A DNA stretch of 64,000 nt, taken from positions 43,392 to 107,391 of the forward strand of contig DAOOOW010000001.1 of assembly GCA_035387885.1 (NCBI GenBank), given 5' to 3'. Below the pieces are notes generated by a model. It made no database searches, was not told the DNA's origin, and worked only from the letters and a program-made list of their open reading frames with translations. Positions 48,360 to 58,102 of this stretch are shown here, piece after piece. Numbering within the stretch: the stretch's first letter is position 1; each line of letters starts with the position of its first letter. A program made the position numbers and the translations under genes. Origin of the DNA: a bacterium (lineage in GTDB: Bacteria; Patescibacteriota; Patescibacteriia; UBA2196).

Positions 48360-48611
48360 AAATTGTGTACAAATATGTTGATAAAATTATAAATAACGTG
48401 CTTAAAAATATTATTTTATTTTACAACATATTTTATTAACATAATTTTATTTTTTTTACACTTATTTGTTAATATTTTATCAACAAGTCTAAAATTCAAA
48501 TTTAAGACAATTAAAAAGTTTATACAGCATATTTTAAAAAAAATTATTGGTTATCCACTGGGCTTATTATTATCATTAAATTATATTTAAATATTAATTA
48601 ATAATAACAAT
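48360..48611. promoter_or_regulatory. Candidate oriC / DnaA-box region in the dnaA-dnaN spacer
   Basis: AT-rich, with TTATCCACT (48551-48559) and degenerate boxes. rpmH-dnaA-dnaN synteny. Confidence 0.4.
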
Positions 48612-49724
48612 ATGAAATTTACTTGTGTAAAAGAAAATTTAATTAAAGGCATCAATACTGTGGCTAGGATTTCTGGAAAAAATATTAGTTTGCCAATTTT
48701 AAATAATATTTTAATTGCTACTGCGGATGATGGAGTGGAATTTGTGGGTACTAACTTAGAAATTGGCATTAAAAATAAAATTAGAGCCAAAATTGAAGAC
48801 AAAGGCAAAATAACTGTCCCAGCCAAAACATTGGCTAGTTTTGTAAATTTTTTACCAGATGAAAAAGTAAGCTTTGAGTTAATAAAAAATAGCAACGAAA
48901 TACAAATAAAATCTGGTACTTGGGAAACAAAAATTAAAACTCAATCAGCAGAAGATTATCCATTAATTCCGGAAGTAGAAAGAAAAAATGGTTTTAAAAT
49001 TAAAGCTAAAAAATTTAAAGAAGCACTAGAACAAGTGATTTTTGCAGCGCTTTCCAATGAGGCCAGGCCAGAATTATCTGGTGGGTATATTTCATTTAAT
49101 GAAAAACAACTTACAATTGTGGCTACAGATAGTTATCGTTTAGCTGAAAAACATATAGAGTTAAGTGAAAGCATTAAAAAAGCTGGTAGTTTTATTGTGC
49201 CTATAAAAACTTTACAGGAAATTGAAAAAATAATTAGTGAAAATGATAATAACGAAGATTTGGAAATTTATTTTGAAGAAAATCAAATTATATTTTTAAT
49301 TGCTGGGGTGGAAATTAATTCCAGACTAATTAATGGACAGTATCCAGATTATAAACAAATAATTCCTACTAAAAGCAATACTCAAATTATAATTAATAAA
49401 AATGAAATTTTAAATGCAGTTAAAGCAGCTAGTGTTTTTACCAAAATTGGCATCAATGATGTTATGTTTGAATTTAAAAAACCGGCCAGTGTAATAATTA
49501 AAGCTGTTAATAATCAATTGGGTGAAAATCAAGCTGTTATTAATGGGGAGATTAATGGTGATGATAATAATATTACTTTTAATTATCATTATATTTTGGA
49601 AGGCCTAGCTAATTTAAAAGAAGAAAAATTTGTTTTAGAAATTTCTAATGCTAACAATCCTGCAATTCTTAAACCTTTAGAAAAAAAAGATTATTTGTAT
49701 TTAATAATGCCCATTCGTCAATAA
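48612..49724 (+). CDS. dnaN: DNA polymerase III beta sliding clamp
   Basis: Three-domain beta clamp, 370 aa. N-terminal MKF.C.K..L. Confidence 0.9.
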   Translation: MKFTCVKENLIKGINTVARISGKNISLPILNNILIATADDGVEFVGTNLEIGIKNKIRAKIEDKGKITVPAKTLASFVNFLPDEKVSFELIKNSNEIQIKSGTWETKIKTQSAEDYPLIPEVERKNGFKIKAKKFKEALEQVIFAALSNEARPELSGGYISFNEKQLTIVATDSYRLAEKHIELSESIKKAGSFIVPIKTLQEIEKIISENDNNEDLEIYFEENQIIFLIAGVEINSRLINGQYPDYKQIIPTKSNTQIIINKNEILNAVKAASVFTKIGINDVMFEFKKPASVIIKAVNNQLGENQAVINGEINGDDNNITFNYHYILEGLANLKEEKFVLEISNANNPAILKPLEKKDYLYLIMPIRQ

Positions 49725-49769
49725 AACATTTTAATATATTAACATTTAAACATATTAACATTTAAAAAA

Positions 49770-50300
49770 ATGCAAATTGAATTTAAAAAATATATTCGCG
49801 AAATACAAAATTGGCCAAAGACAGGAGTAAATTTTAAAGATATTACTACAGCGTTGGAAAATAAAGAAATTTTTCAGGAAATTATTAATCAATTGTGTGA
49901 GCCTTATAATGATAAAAAAATAGATAAAATTGTGGGTATTGATGCTAGAGGATTTTTATTAGCTGGGGCTATGGCTTATAAATTAAATACAGGATTGTCT
50001 GTGGTGAGAAAAAAAGGTAAATTGCCATATAAAACCAAATTCAAAGAATATAATTTGGAATATGCCTCGGCCATAATTGAAATGCACGAAGATACAATTA
50101 AACCTCAAGAAAAAGTGATTATAGTTGATGATTTGATAGCTACTGGCGGCACAATTTTGGCTACTATAGATTTAGTAAAAGAATTTGCTGGAGAAATTGT
50201 GGGGGTGAGTGTGGTAATTGATTTACCTTTTTTGGGCGGATCAGAAAAAATAAAAAATAAATATAATTTTAATTATTTAATTAGCTATGATTGTGAATAA
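49770..50300 (+). CDS. apt: Adenine phosphoribosyltransferase
   Basis: PRPP-binding motif VIIVDDLIATGGT. Confidence 0.85.
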   Translation: MQIEFKKYIREIQNWPKTGVNFKDITTALENKEIFQEIINQLCEPYNDKKIDKIVGIDARGFLLAGAMAYKLNTGLSVVRKKGKLPYKTKFKEYNLEYASAIIEMHEDTIKPQEKVIIVDDLIATGGTILATIDLVKEFAGEIVGVSVVIDLPFLGGSEKIKNKYNFNYLISYDCE

Positions 50301-50342
50301 AAAATAAAAATATTAATAAATATTTAATCGTGCTTAATAAAA

Positions 50343-51206
50343 ATGTTAGATACTAGCGACGCTAATAATCAAGAAATAAAGATAGGAATTTTTGGCGGTT
50401 CTGGATTTTATAATTTAATGGATAATATGCAAGAAATTGAAATGGAAACACCTTTTGGTAAACCGTCAGACAAAATTATGATAGGAAAAATTGTGGGTAA
50501 AAAAGTGGCTTTTTTACCGAGACATGGAAAAAATCATCAATTTCCTCCACATAAAATTCCCTACAAGGCTAATTTGTGGGCCATGAAAAGTTTGGGAGTA
50601 CAAAAAATAATTTCACCTATAGCTGTGGGAAGTTTACAAGCTAATATAAAACCAGGAGATTTTGTAGTTTGTGATCAATACATAAATTGGACTGGTAACA
50701 GAGGGTTAAATCAAAGAGATGATACATATTATCATGGTGAGTTGATTGACGGAATTCATAAATCAGAGAGGGTAGCCCATTTTACTAATGCTTTACCTTA
50801 TTGTGAAGAGACAAGAAAAATAATAAACAATATTTTGGATGAAGAAAACATAAGTTACCACAAAACTGGCACAGTAGTGGTTATAGAAGGCCCAAGGTTT
50901 TCAACCCAAGCAGAATCAAAATTTTTTAGCAATCAAGGTTGGCATATTATTAACATGACAGCTTATCCAGAAATACCTTTAGCAAGAGAATTGGGTATGT
51001 GTTATGTTAATATTGGTTTAGTCACAGATTATGATGCGGGTTTAGAAAATGATCCCTCTATCCAGCCAGTTACCTCAGAGGAAATTATAAAAGTTTTTAA
51101 TAATAATAATCAAAAAATAAAAGAATTAATATTTAAAATTATTGAACGCATACCTCAAGAAATAAAATGTAATTGTGAAAAACATATTGAAAGTGCAATA
51201 ATATAA
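50343..51206 (+). CDS. Purine nucleoside / 5'-methylthioadenosine phosphorylase (PNP/MTAP family)
   Basis: GIFGGSGFY N-terminal motif and PNP-UDP fold length. Confidence 0.75.
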   Translation: MLDTSDANNQEIKIGIFGGSGFYNLMDNMQEIEMETPFGKPSDKIMIGKIVGKKVAFLPRHGKNHQFPPHKIPYKANLWAMKSLGVQKIISPIAVGSLQANIKPGDFVVCDQYINWTGNRGLNQRDDTYYHGELIDGIHKSERVAHFTNALPYCEETRKIINNILDEENISYHKTGTVVVIEGPRFSTQAESKFFSNQGWHIINMTAYPEIPLARELGMCYVNIGLVTDYDAGLENDPSIQPVTSEEIIKVFNNNNQKIKELIFKIIERIPQEIKCNCEKHIESAII

Positions 51207-51365
51207 AAGTAACAAGTAAATAATTTTAAAAATCAAATTTTAAAATTCAAAATAAATCAAAAATTAAAATTTTAAAACTTAAACTAAAAGGCTTAATATT
51301 TTAAAAATTAAATATTTAAAATTATTTTAAAATTTGATTTTTAAAATTTAAAATTTATTTATGTT

Positions 51366-51923
51366 ATGTCTACACTAACAGATATAAAAAAGGGTGTCAT
51401 ATTAAAATTTAACGGTGAGCCATGCATGGTGCAGGAAGCTAATTTTTTAAGAATGCAACAAAGAAAACCAGTTATGCAAACTAAAATGAAAAATATAAAA
51501 ACTGGTCAAGTGGTGGAATATAGTTTTAAGCAAGGAGAATCGATTGAATTAGCAGATATGGGGCGTAAGAAAGCTAGCTTTTTATATAAAGAAAAAGATA
51601 AATATTGTTTTATGGACGATGATTATGAACAAATTGCTTTAGCCGAAGATTTAATAGGTGAGGCAGTAAAATTTTTAAAAGAAACTCAAGAAGTGGATTT
51701 GGTTTTATATGAAGAATCTATTATTGGAGTGCGATTACCACCCAAAGTCGATTTAAAAGTCGTCCAAGCCCCTCCTGGGGTTAAAGGAGACACTGCCACG
51801 GGCGGTAAGAAGCCAGTCACGCTCGAAACTGGCGCCGTTATTAATGTACCTTTGTTTATTAACGAAGGTGAAATAATTAGAGTTAATACAGAAACAGAGG
51901 AGTATGTGGAAAGAGTGAGTTGA
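51366..51923 (+). CDS. efp: Elongation factor P
   Basis: KGV.L.F.GEP..V.E..F...QQRKP motif. Three-domain EF-P, 185 aa. Confidence 0.9.
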   Translation: MSTLTDIKKGVILKFNGEPCMVQEANFLRMQQRKPVMQTKMKNIKTGQVVEYSFKQGESIELADMGRKKASFLYKEKDKYCFMDDDYEQIALAEDLIGEAVKFLKETQEVDLVLYEESIIGVRLPPKVDLKVVQAPPGVKGDTATGGKKPVTLETGAVINVPLFINEGEIIRVNTETEEYVERVS

Positions 51924-51969
51924 GGAAAACAGCAAAAGGTAAAAGTAAAATATATATAAAATAAATTAT

Positions 51970-52242
51970 ATGTTTAATCCAGACCGAGAACCAAAACAAG
52001 AAAATAGATTAGAGAAAATTGAACTTACTGAGGAAGAAAAATTTTTAATAACTTTAATTAAAGCAAGGGGTATTGAAGATCTAGAAATTAATAAAATGTT
52101 CATAGATTGGTATAATAAGCAACAAACAATAATTGATAAATCAGAAAATTTTAATTTAGCAAATATTAATTTTTTAAGACGCAAAGCATATATATTTTTA
52201 GAGGTTGGATATTTTGATGAAATGGAGGATGAATTTGAGTAA
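51970..52242 (+). CDS. Hypothetical acidic protein
   Basis: ORF with coding texture. No family assigned. Confidence 0.4.
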   Translation: MFNPDREPKQENRLEKIELTEEEKFLITLIKARGIEDLEINKMFIDWYNKQQTIIDKSENFNLANINFLRRKAYIFLEVGYFDEMEDEFE

Positions 52243-52539
52243 GCAATTAATTTAGCGAAGAATCTTGGTTGGGATGATTTAAAAAATGAGATTAGAGGCG
52301 AAGTAGATGGTATGATTAATAGATGGACAATAAAAAATAAAGAATAAAATTTATAAAAAATAAACCCCCTGAGAATATCAAGGGGTTTTACAATTAAAGT
52401 AGGGGCACAAAATTTTGTGCCCCTACAAAAAATACTCCGCAGCTACAAGCGTGGGGTTAATTTTAACTTCGTTCACTGTTAGTTAAAAAACTAGATCCCT
52501 CCGCTCGTTCTTACAGTGGGTTTCACAATGCCTGTCGAC

Positions 52540-52760
52540 ATAATGCTTCACCCATTGTGGCTATAAAAATTAAAGCAGTTTAATTTTTATTTAACGCCAC
52601 AACTGGTCGAGATAAACTGCAGGAAAAAATAATGAGCTACCCCGCATCTAAAAGTGCGGGGTTAATTTTAACTTTGTTCGCGGGTGGTTTTGCCGTCATT
52701 CCATTCGGCAAAACCTGGCTCACTTCGTTAAAATTAAAAAGCCCCGAGCAGGCGGAGCTA
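52540..52760. repeat. Cluster of repeat-family copies (GCAG-loop hairpin, CCCCGCA..TGCGGGG hairpin, GTCATTCC element)
   Basis: CTATAAAAATTAAA-GCAG-TTTAATTTTTAT with compensatory changes relative to 18495. GGGGTTAATTTTAACTT occurs twice. Confidence 0.5.
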
Positions 52761-52946
52761 AATACAAGAATTAAGAATAATGAATAAAGAATTATGAATA
52801 AAAAATGAATTAATTTTTTCTACTCGGCTTTAGCCGAGGTTGGTGGTACTTTAGTACAACATTAAAAAGAAAATTATTTATAGTTTAGTGGTAAACTAAA
52901 GTTTACCAAACCCCCACTAAAGTGGGGTAGAAAAAATAAATTAACT

Positions 52947-53963
52947 TTATTTTTCTTTTTCCTTAATAAAATTCCAGATTTCTTTTTTAATTTCTTGGGT
53001 TAATTTTTTATCTTCTTTTAAAGTTTTTTTAGCATTTTCGCGACCAACACCAAGTTTAATGTCTTTGCAAGAAAAAGTGGTGCCAGATTTTTTGACTAGA
53101 CCATAGGTCATACCCAAATCAATAATATCTCCAGAAAGCGAGATGCCTTCATTATACATAATATCAAATTCCGCAGTTTTAAAAGGGGCGGCCACTTTAT
53201 TTTTAACTATTTTGGCTTTTACCCGATTGCCCACAATTTCTTCCCCCATTTTAATTTGAGCGGCACGGCGTAATTCAATACGCACAGAAGAATAAAATTT
53301 TAAAGCCAAGCCACCGGGAGTAGTTTCTGGATTACCAAAGAAAACCCCAATTTTATGTCTAATTTGATTGATAAAAATAACACAGGTTTTAGTTTTGGAA
53401 ACAATAGCAGTGAGTTTTCTTAGAGCTTGACTCATTAATCTGGCTTGCAGAGCCATATGAGTATCACCCATCTCACCCTCAATTTCCGCTTTGGGAGTCA
53501 GGGCAGCCACGGAGTCCACAATAATTACATCAACACTATTTGATCTAACCAAAGTTTCTACAATGTCCAAAGCTTGTTCGCCAGAATCTGGTTGGGAAAA
53601 TAATAACTCATTAATATTAACACCTATTTTTTTAGCATATTCAGGATCTAGGGCGTGTTCAGCATCAACGAAAGCTACAAGGCCACCCATTTTTTGAGTT
53701 TCAGCAGCAATGTGTTGGGCAATGGTGGTTTTACCAGAGGCTTCTGCTCCATAAATTTCAATAATTCTGCCACGAGGCACACCACCAACAACAAGAGCAA
53801 TATCTAAAGACAAACAACCCGTAGGAATTACAGAAACTTCCATGGCTTTAGCTTCACCAAATTTCATAATAGCCCCCTCGCCAAACTTTTCCTTAATTTG
53901 ATCAATGGCTGATTGAGTATTTTCTTGTTTAGTTTCCTTTTCGGTTTTTTGTTCTTCTTTCAT
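52947..53963 (-). CDS. recA: Recombinase RecA
   Basis: Walker [10 protein letters not shown]. RecA L1/L2 regions. Length 338 aa. Confidence 0.95.
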   Translation of the reverse strand: MKEEQKTEKETKQENTQSAIDQIKEKFGEGAIMKFGEAKAMEVSVIPTGCLSLDIALVVGGVPRGRIIEIYGAEASGKTTIAQHIAAETQKMGGLVAFVDAEHALDPEYAKKIGVNINELLFSQPDSGEQALDIVETLVRSNSVDVIIVDSVAALTPKAEIEGEMGDTHMALQARLMSQALRKLTAIVSKTKTCVIFINQIRHKIGVFFGNPETTPGGLALKFYSSVRIELRRAAQIKMGEEIVGNRVKAKIVKNKVAAPFKTAEFDIMYNEGISLSGDIIDLGMTYGLVKKSGTTFSCKDIKLGVGRENAKKTLKEDKKLTQEIKKEIWNFIKEKEK

Positions 53964-54071
53964 GTGGTTAGAAGTGTTTAAAGGCGAATAATATTAGACG
54001 CGCATAAACGCTAAATAGTGTGTGGATAACTATCATTATCTTAGCAAATGCTTGGGGAGTGTCAAATAATT

Positions 54072-54731
54072 TTATGGTGCTGGTTCAAAAATTATTTTTC
54101 TTTCAATTGTTCTGGTTTTAGAATATTTTGTTTTACCTTCAATAAGTAAATTGTTAATACCAGGAATTAAATTAATAACTTGAGCAAAAGAATTGTCTGG
54201 TAGAAGTATTACATCTTCTTGATTAATTTTAATTTTAACTTCAGAGTTGGCTTTGCCAGAAACTGTAATAACGTTATTATTAGAGATTAGATTTGTTTGC
54301 GGATAAAAAATTTCAATTATTGGCGGCGCAGTTATTTGATTTATTTGCCAGACAATATAGACCAAAAAAATAAGGGTGAAAAAAATAAAAAAAGAAAGTT
54401 TAATTGTTTTAGGGAGATTAAATAAATCGGAAAGTTTAATTTTTTGAGTAAATATTTTTTTATGATAATTTTCTTCAGAGACCATATAAAATTTAATATT
54501 TTTAATGTCTGGTATTTTTATTTTTAAAAAATTACAATAGTCTTTTAAAAAATTTTTAGCATAAATTTCTCCTGGTAATTTAGACCAATCATTTTTTTCC
54601 AAAGCTTCTAAAAATTTATAATTAATGTGAATATGTTTGCTAATTATTTTTAAAGAAAGCCCAGTACGATAACGGGCTTCTTTAAGAATTTGACCAATAT
54701 TTTGTTGTTGAAATTTTTTAGTAAAAAACAT
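54072..54731 (-). CDS. RodZ-like protein (N-terminal XRE HTH, a TM helix and a C-terminal domain)
   Basis: HTH GQILKEARYRTGLSLKIISKHIHINYKFLEALE followed by one TM helix. Confidence 0.55.
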   Translation of the reverse strand: MFFTKKFQQQNIGQILKEARYRTGLSLKIISKHIHINYKFLEALEKNDWSKLPGEIYAKNFLKDYCNFLKIKIPDIKNIKFYMVSEENYHKKIFTQKIKLSDLFNLPKTIKLSFFIFFTLIFLVYIVWQINQITAPPIIEIFYPQTNLISNNNVITVSGKANSEVKIKINQEDVILLPDNSFAQVINLIPGINNLLIEGKTKYSKTRTIERKIIFEPAP

Positions 54732-54772
54732 ATTGTTGATATCTGGTAACTAGTAAAAGGTAATAGAAAAAA

Positions 54773-56977
54773 TTAAAAATTTTCAAAAGTGTCATTAGAA
54801 TTTTCTGTAGGTAAAATTTCTTCTAATTCTTCGTGAGCTTTTTCTAATTCGTGCAAGGCTTCATCTTGTTTAAAATCTTCATGGCCAACTAAAACTTCTC
54901 TAGGTTTTGCACCATTAGCATGGCCAACAATTCCCATGCTTTCCAGAGTGTCTAAAATTCTGGCCGCTCTAGCATAACCAATACTTAGGCGTCTTTGTAA
55001 ATATGAAGCAGAAGCTTTGCCAGATTTAATCACAATTTCTTTGGCTTCCTCAAGCATAGTATCATCTTCATCAATTTTTAAAGGTGCACCATCAACTCCC
55101 AAAATTTCTGTTTTTTTAGTTATTTCTTCGTTATAATCTGGTTCGCCAAAATTAGTTTTTAAGTAACTAACTACATTATCTATTTCTTTATCAGACAAAT
55201 AGGCGCCTTGAATTCTTTTGGGTTTTGATAAATCAGCAGAGATAAAAAGCATATCTCCTCTACCAAGTAATTTATCAGCTCCAGAATGATCTAAAATTGT
55301 TCTAGAATCTCCAGAAGAAGCCACAGAGAAAGCAATTCTTGAAGTAATATTAGCTTTAATTAAACCAGTGATTACATTAACCGAGGGTCTTTGAGTGGCT
55401 ACAATTAAATGAATGCCAACAGCTCTGGCTTTTTGGGCCAAGCGGATAATAGCTGGTTCTATATCAATTGCCGCTAAAGACATTAAATCTGCCAATTCAT
55501 CAACGACAATAATTAAATAAGGCATAGGTTCTTGGGCAGTTTCATTGTAATTATCAATATTTCTTTTATGAGCGACTGATAAAATCTTAAACCTGTCTTC
55601 CATTTCTTTGACAGCCCACTTAAGTGCTTGGACAGTTTCTTTAATACTGGTAATTACCGGACAACTTAAATGAGGAATATCATTGTATTGAGTCATTTCC
55701 ACTTGTTTTGGGTCGATTAAAATAAATTTTAAACGATCTGGTTGATTTTGATATAAAAGAGAAATAATTAAAGTATTAAGACAAACGGTTTTGCCAGAAT
55801 TAGTCGCGCCGGCCACTAGTAAATGGGGCATTTTTTCTAAATTAGCTAATTGAGGTTTACCTGCTACATCCTTGCCTAGGGCAATCATTAAATTGCCATT
55901 TCTTTTTCTAAATTCTTCAGTATTAAGAATTTCTTTTAAGCCAACTAAAGCAATTTTAGTGTTAGGAACTTCTACACCAATTAATGATTTGCCAGGGATT
56001 GGCGCTTCTAGGCGAATTGGATGAGCTGCTAGGGCTAAGGCTAAATCATTAGATAGAGCGGTAATTTGGGCCACTTTAACTCCAGCCATGGGCTTAAAAG
56101 TATATTGAGTAACTGTAGGACCAACAGCAACTTCACCCATTTCAACATCAATGTTAAAATGACTTAAAGTTTTTTTAATGATTTCTTGATTGGCTTTGAT
56201 ATCGCCAGCTGAAGGTTTGGAAGATTTATCTTCCAAAAGATCAAACGGAACATCAATTTTAGGATAATGTTTTTTATTTTTTTTAGGTGTATTTAATAAT
56301 TCTTCATCGTTTGATATTAATCCTCCTGTGTCGGAAATTTCTTTAGGTGCGAAATTAATTTCTTTTTGTTCAAAACCAATTTCTTCAGCTGTAAGCTCCT
56401 CAAGAGCAGCAGTTGATTGTTTTTGTTCTAATTTATTTTTAATTTTATTGAATAAAACAAATTCCGGCCAATGTAATTTTAAAATTAAATTTTTAATGGA
56501 TGTTTCAAAGTAAAATAATAAACCAATTAAAAATAAAGCAATTAAAATTATTAAGGCTCCAGCAAAATTAGCTACTTTTTCTAAGGGGTTAGTTAAAAAA
56601 AAGCCTAAAATTCCGCCACCCGTGCCTTGGTTATAAAAAGTAAAAGATTTATCATGGGCAAATAATTGTAAAAGTCCTAAAAAACTTAGAGTCATAATAA
56701 TTAACCCTAAAGATTTAAGTGTAGAAGATTCGTATTTTTCTTTATTGATAATTAGATAGCCACTAATTATTAGAATTATAGGGGCTAGCCAATTGGCCCA
56801 ACCAAAAGAAAACAGCCAAAATGAATTAATGGCTTGACCAGCCTTGCCTGCCAAATCAAAATTTCCCAATAAACTTAAAAAAGCAATGGCAAAAATAACA
56901 ATCACTAAAACGTCTTTTTTAGTGTCAGAAGAGATATTTATTGAAGCTAACAAAGATGATTTTTTTGTCTTTTTCAT
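54773..56977 (-). CDS. ftsK: DNA translocase FtsK/SpoIIIE
   Basis: N-terminal TM domain. Motor domain Walker A GATNSGKT. C-terminal gamma wHTH. Confidence 0.9.
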   Translation of the reverse strand: MKKTKKSSLLASINISSDTKKDVLVIVIFAIAFLSLLGNFDLAGKAGQAINSFWLFSFGWANWLAPIILIISGYLIINKEKYESSTLKSLGLIIMTLSFLGLLQLFAHDKSFTFYNQGTGGGILGFFLTNPLEKVANFAGALIILIALFLIGLLFYFETSIKNLILKLHWPEFVLFNKIKNKLEQKQSTAALEELTAEEIGFEQKEINFAPKEISDTGGLISNDEELLNTPKKNKKHYPKIDVPFDLLEDKSSKPSAGDIKANQEIIKKTLSHFNIDVEMGEVAVGPTVTQYTFKPMAGVKVAQITALSNDLALALAAHPIRLEAPIPGKSLIGVEVPNTKIALVGLKEILNTEEFRKRNGNLMIALGKDVAGKPQLANLEKMPHLLVAGATNSGKTVCLNTLIISLLYQNQPDRLKFILIDPKQVEMTQYNDIPHLSCPVITSIKETVQALKWAVKEMEDRFKILSVAHKRNIDNYNETAQEPMPYLIIVVDELADLMSLAAIDIEPAIIRLAQKARAVGIHLIVATQRPSVNVITGLIKANITSRIAFSVASSGDSRTILDHSGADKLLGRGDMLFISADLSKPKRIQGAYLSDKEIDNVVSYLKTNFGEPDYNEEITKKTEILGVDGAPLKIDEDDTMLEEAKEIVIKSGKASASYLQRRLSIGYARAARILDTLESMGIVGHANGAKPREVLVGHEDFKQDEALHELEKAHEELEEILPTENSNDTFENF

Positions 56978-57069
56978 ATTGATATTTTAACACTATTATC
57001 AAACCTTGCCAAGAAATAAATTGTATCCTATAATATAAACATTATTAAAAATAAATTAAGATCAATCGT

Positions 57070-57267
57070 ATGGCATTACAATCAAAAGGACATTCCAAAA
57101 CAGCTAAAAGAACTAGACGTGGCGCTATTAAACTTAAAAAAATTTCTTTAACATCTTGTCCTAAATGTAAAGAACCTGTTAAACCGCACACAGTTTGCCA
57201 TAAATGCGGTAGTTATAAAGGTAAAGAGGTGGTAAAGATTAGGATTAAGAAGGCAAAGAAGAAATAA
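57070..57267 (+). CDS. rpmF: 50S ribosomal protein L32
   Basis: N-terminal MA.Q.K.SK..RRG. Zinc-ribbon CPKC...VCHKCGSYKG. Confidence 0.75.
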   Translation: MALQSKGHSKTAKRTRRGAIKLKKISLTSCPKCKEPVKPHTVCHKCGSYKGKEVVKIRIKKAKKK

Positions 57268-57390
57268 AAAAATTACAAATTCAAAATTACAAATACCAAA
57301 TAAATTCCAAATTACAATTTTTAAAATTTTAAATTTTGTTTTTAATTTTGGTATTGGTGCTTGTTTGGAATTTGATTAAAGTTTGCCGTT

Positions 57391-57882
57391 GTGGCAAACA
57401 TTAATTTGGAACTTGGAATTTTAAATTTTATGTCTAATAGACATTTATCAAGAACTATTGCCATGCAAACGCTCTATGAGTGGGATTTTAATCATCGCTC
57501 ACAAAAATTGGATAAACTAATTACTGATAATATAGGTCAATATGCCCAAGGATTAGAAGATACGGAATTTATCATTAGATTGGTTAAAGGCGTGGTTAAA
57601 CATATTGCAGAAATTGATGAAAAAATTATTAAATATGCGCCCGAATGGCCTTTAGATAAGATTACTATTTTAGATCGCAATGTTTTGCGTTTGGGAATTT
57701 ATGAATTGACTTTAGAAAAAAATGAAGTGCCACCCAAAGTAATTATTAATGAAGCCATTGAAATGGCCAAAACTTTTAGTGGGATGACTTCGGGGAAATT
57801 TGTGAATGGAGTACTTGGAACCGTGTACACAGAATTAGAGAATAGAAATGTTAAAGAAGTTTCTGTAGTTGATTCTTTATAA
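57391..57882 (+). CDS. nusB: Transcription antitermination factor NusB
   Basis: SRTIAMQTLYEWDF...ILRLGIYEL......PPKVIINEAIEMAK.F....FVNGVL. Confidence 0.8.
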   Translation: MANINLELGILNFMSNRHLSRTIAMQTLYEWDFNHRSQKLDKLITDNIGQYAQGLEDTEFIIRLVKGVVKHIAEIDEKIIKYAPEWPLDKITILDRNVLRLGIYELTLEKNEVPPKVIINEAIEMAKTFSGMTSGKFVNGVLGTVYTELENRNVKEVSVVDSL

Positions 57883-58102
57883 TATGAAAATTACAAATTC
57901 AAAATTACAAATATCAAATAAATTTCAAATAACAAAAAATCTAATTGAATAATGAATTATGGTTTTGAATTTTAATTTTGGTGCTTATTTGGGATTTGGT
58001 GCTTTGAATTTGGAATTTAAAATTAACTTAACTTTCTTGGCCGTTAGACAGCCAGACAATAAAAAGTCTGTAGTGTAATGGTCAAGATACAAAAGGAATA
58101 AT

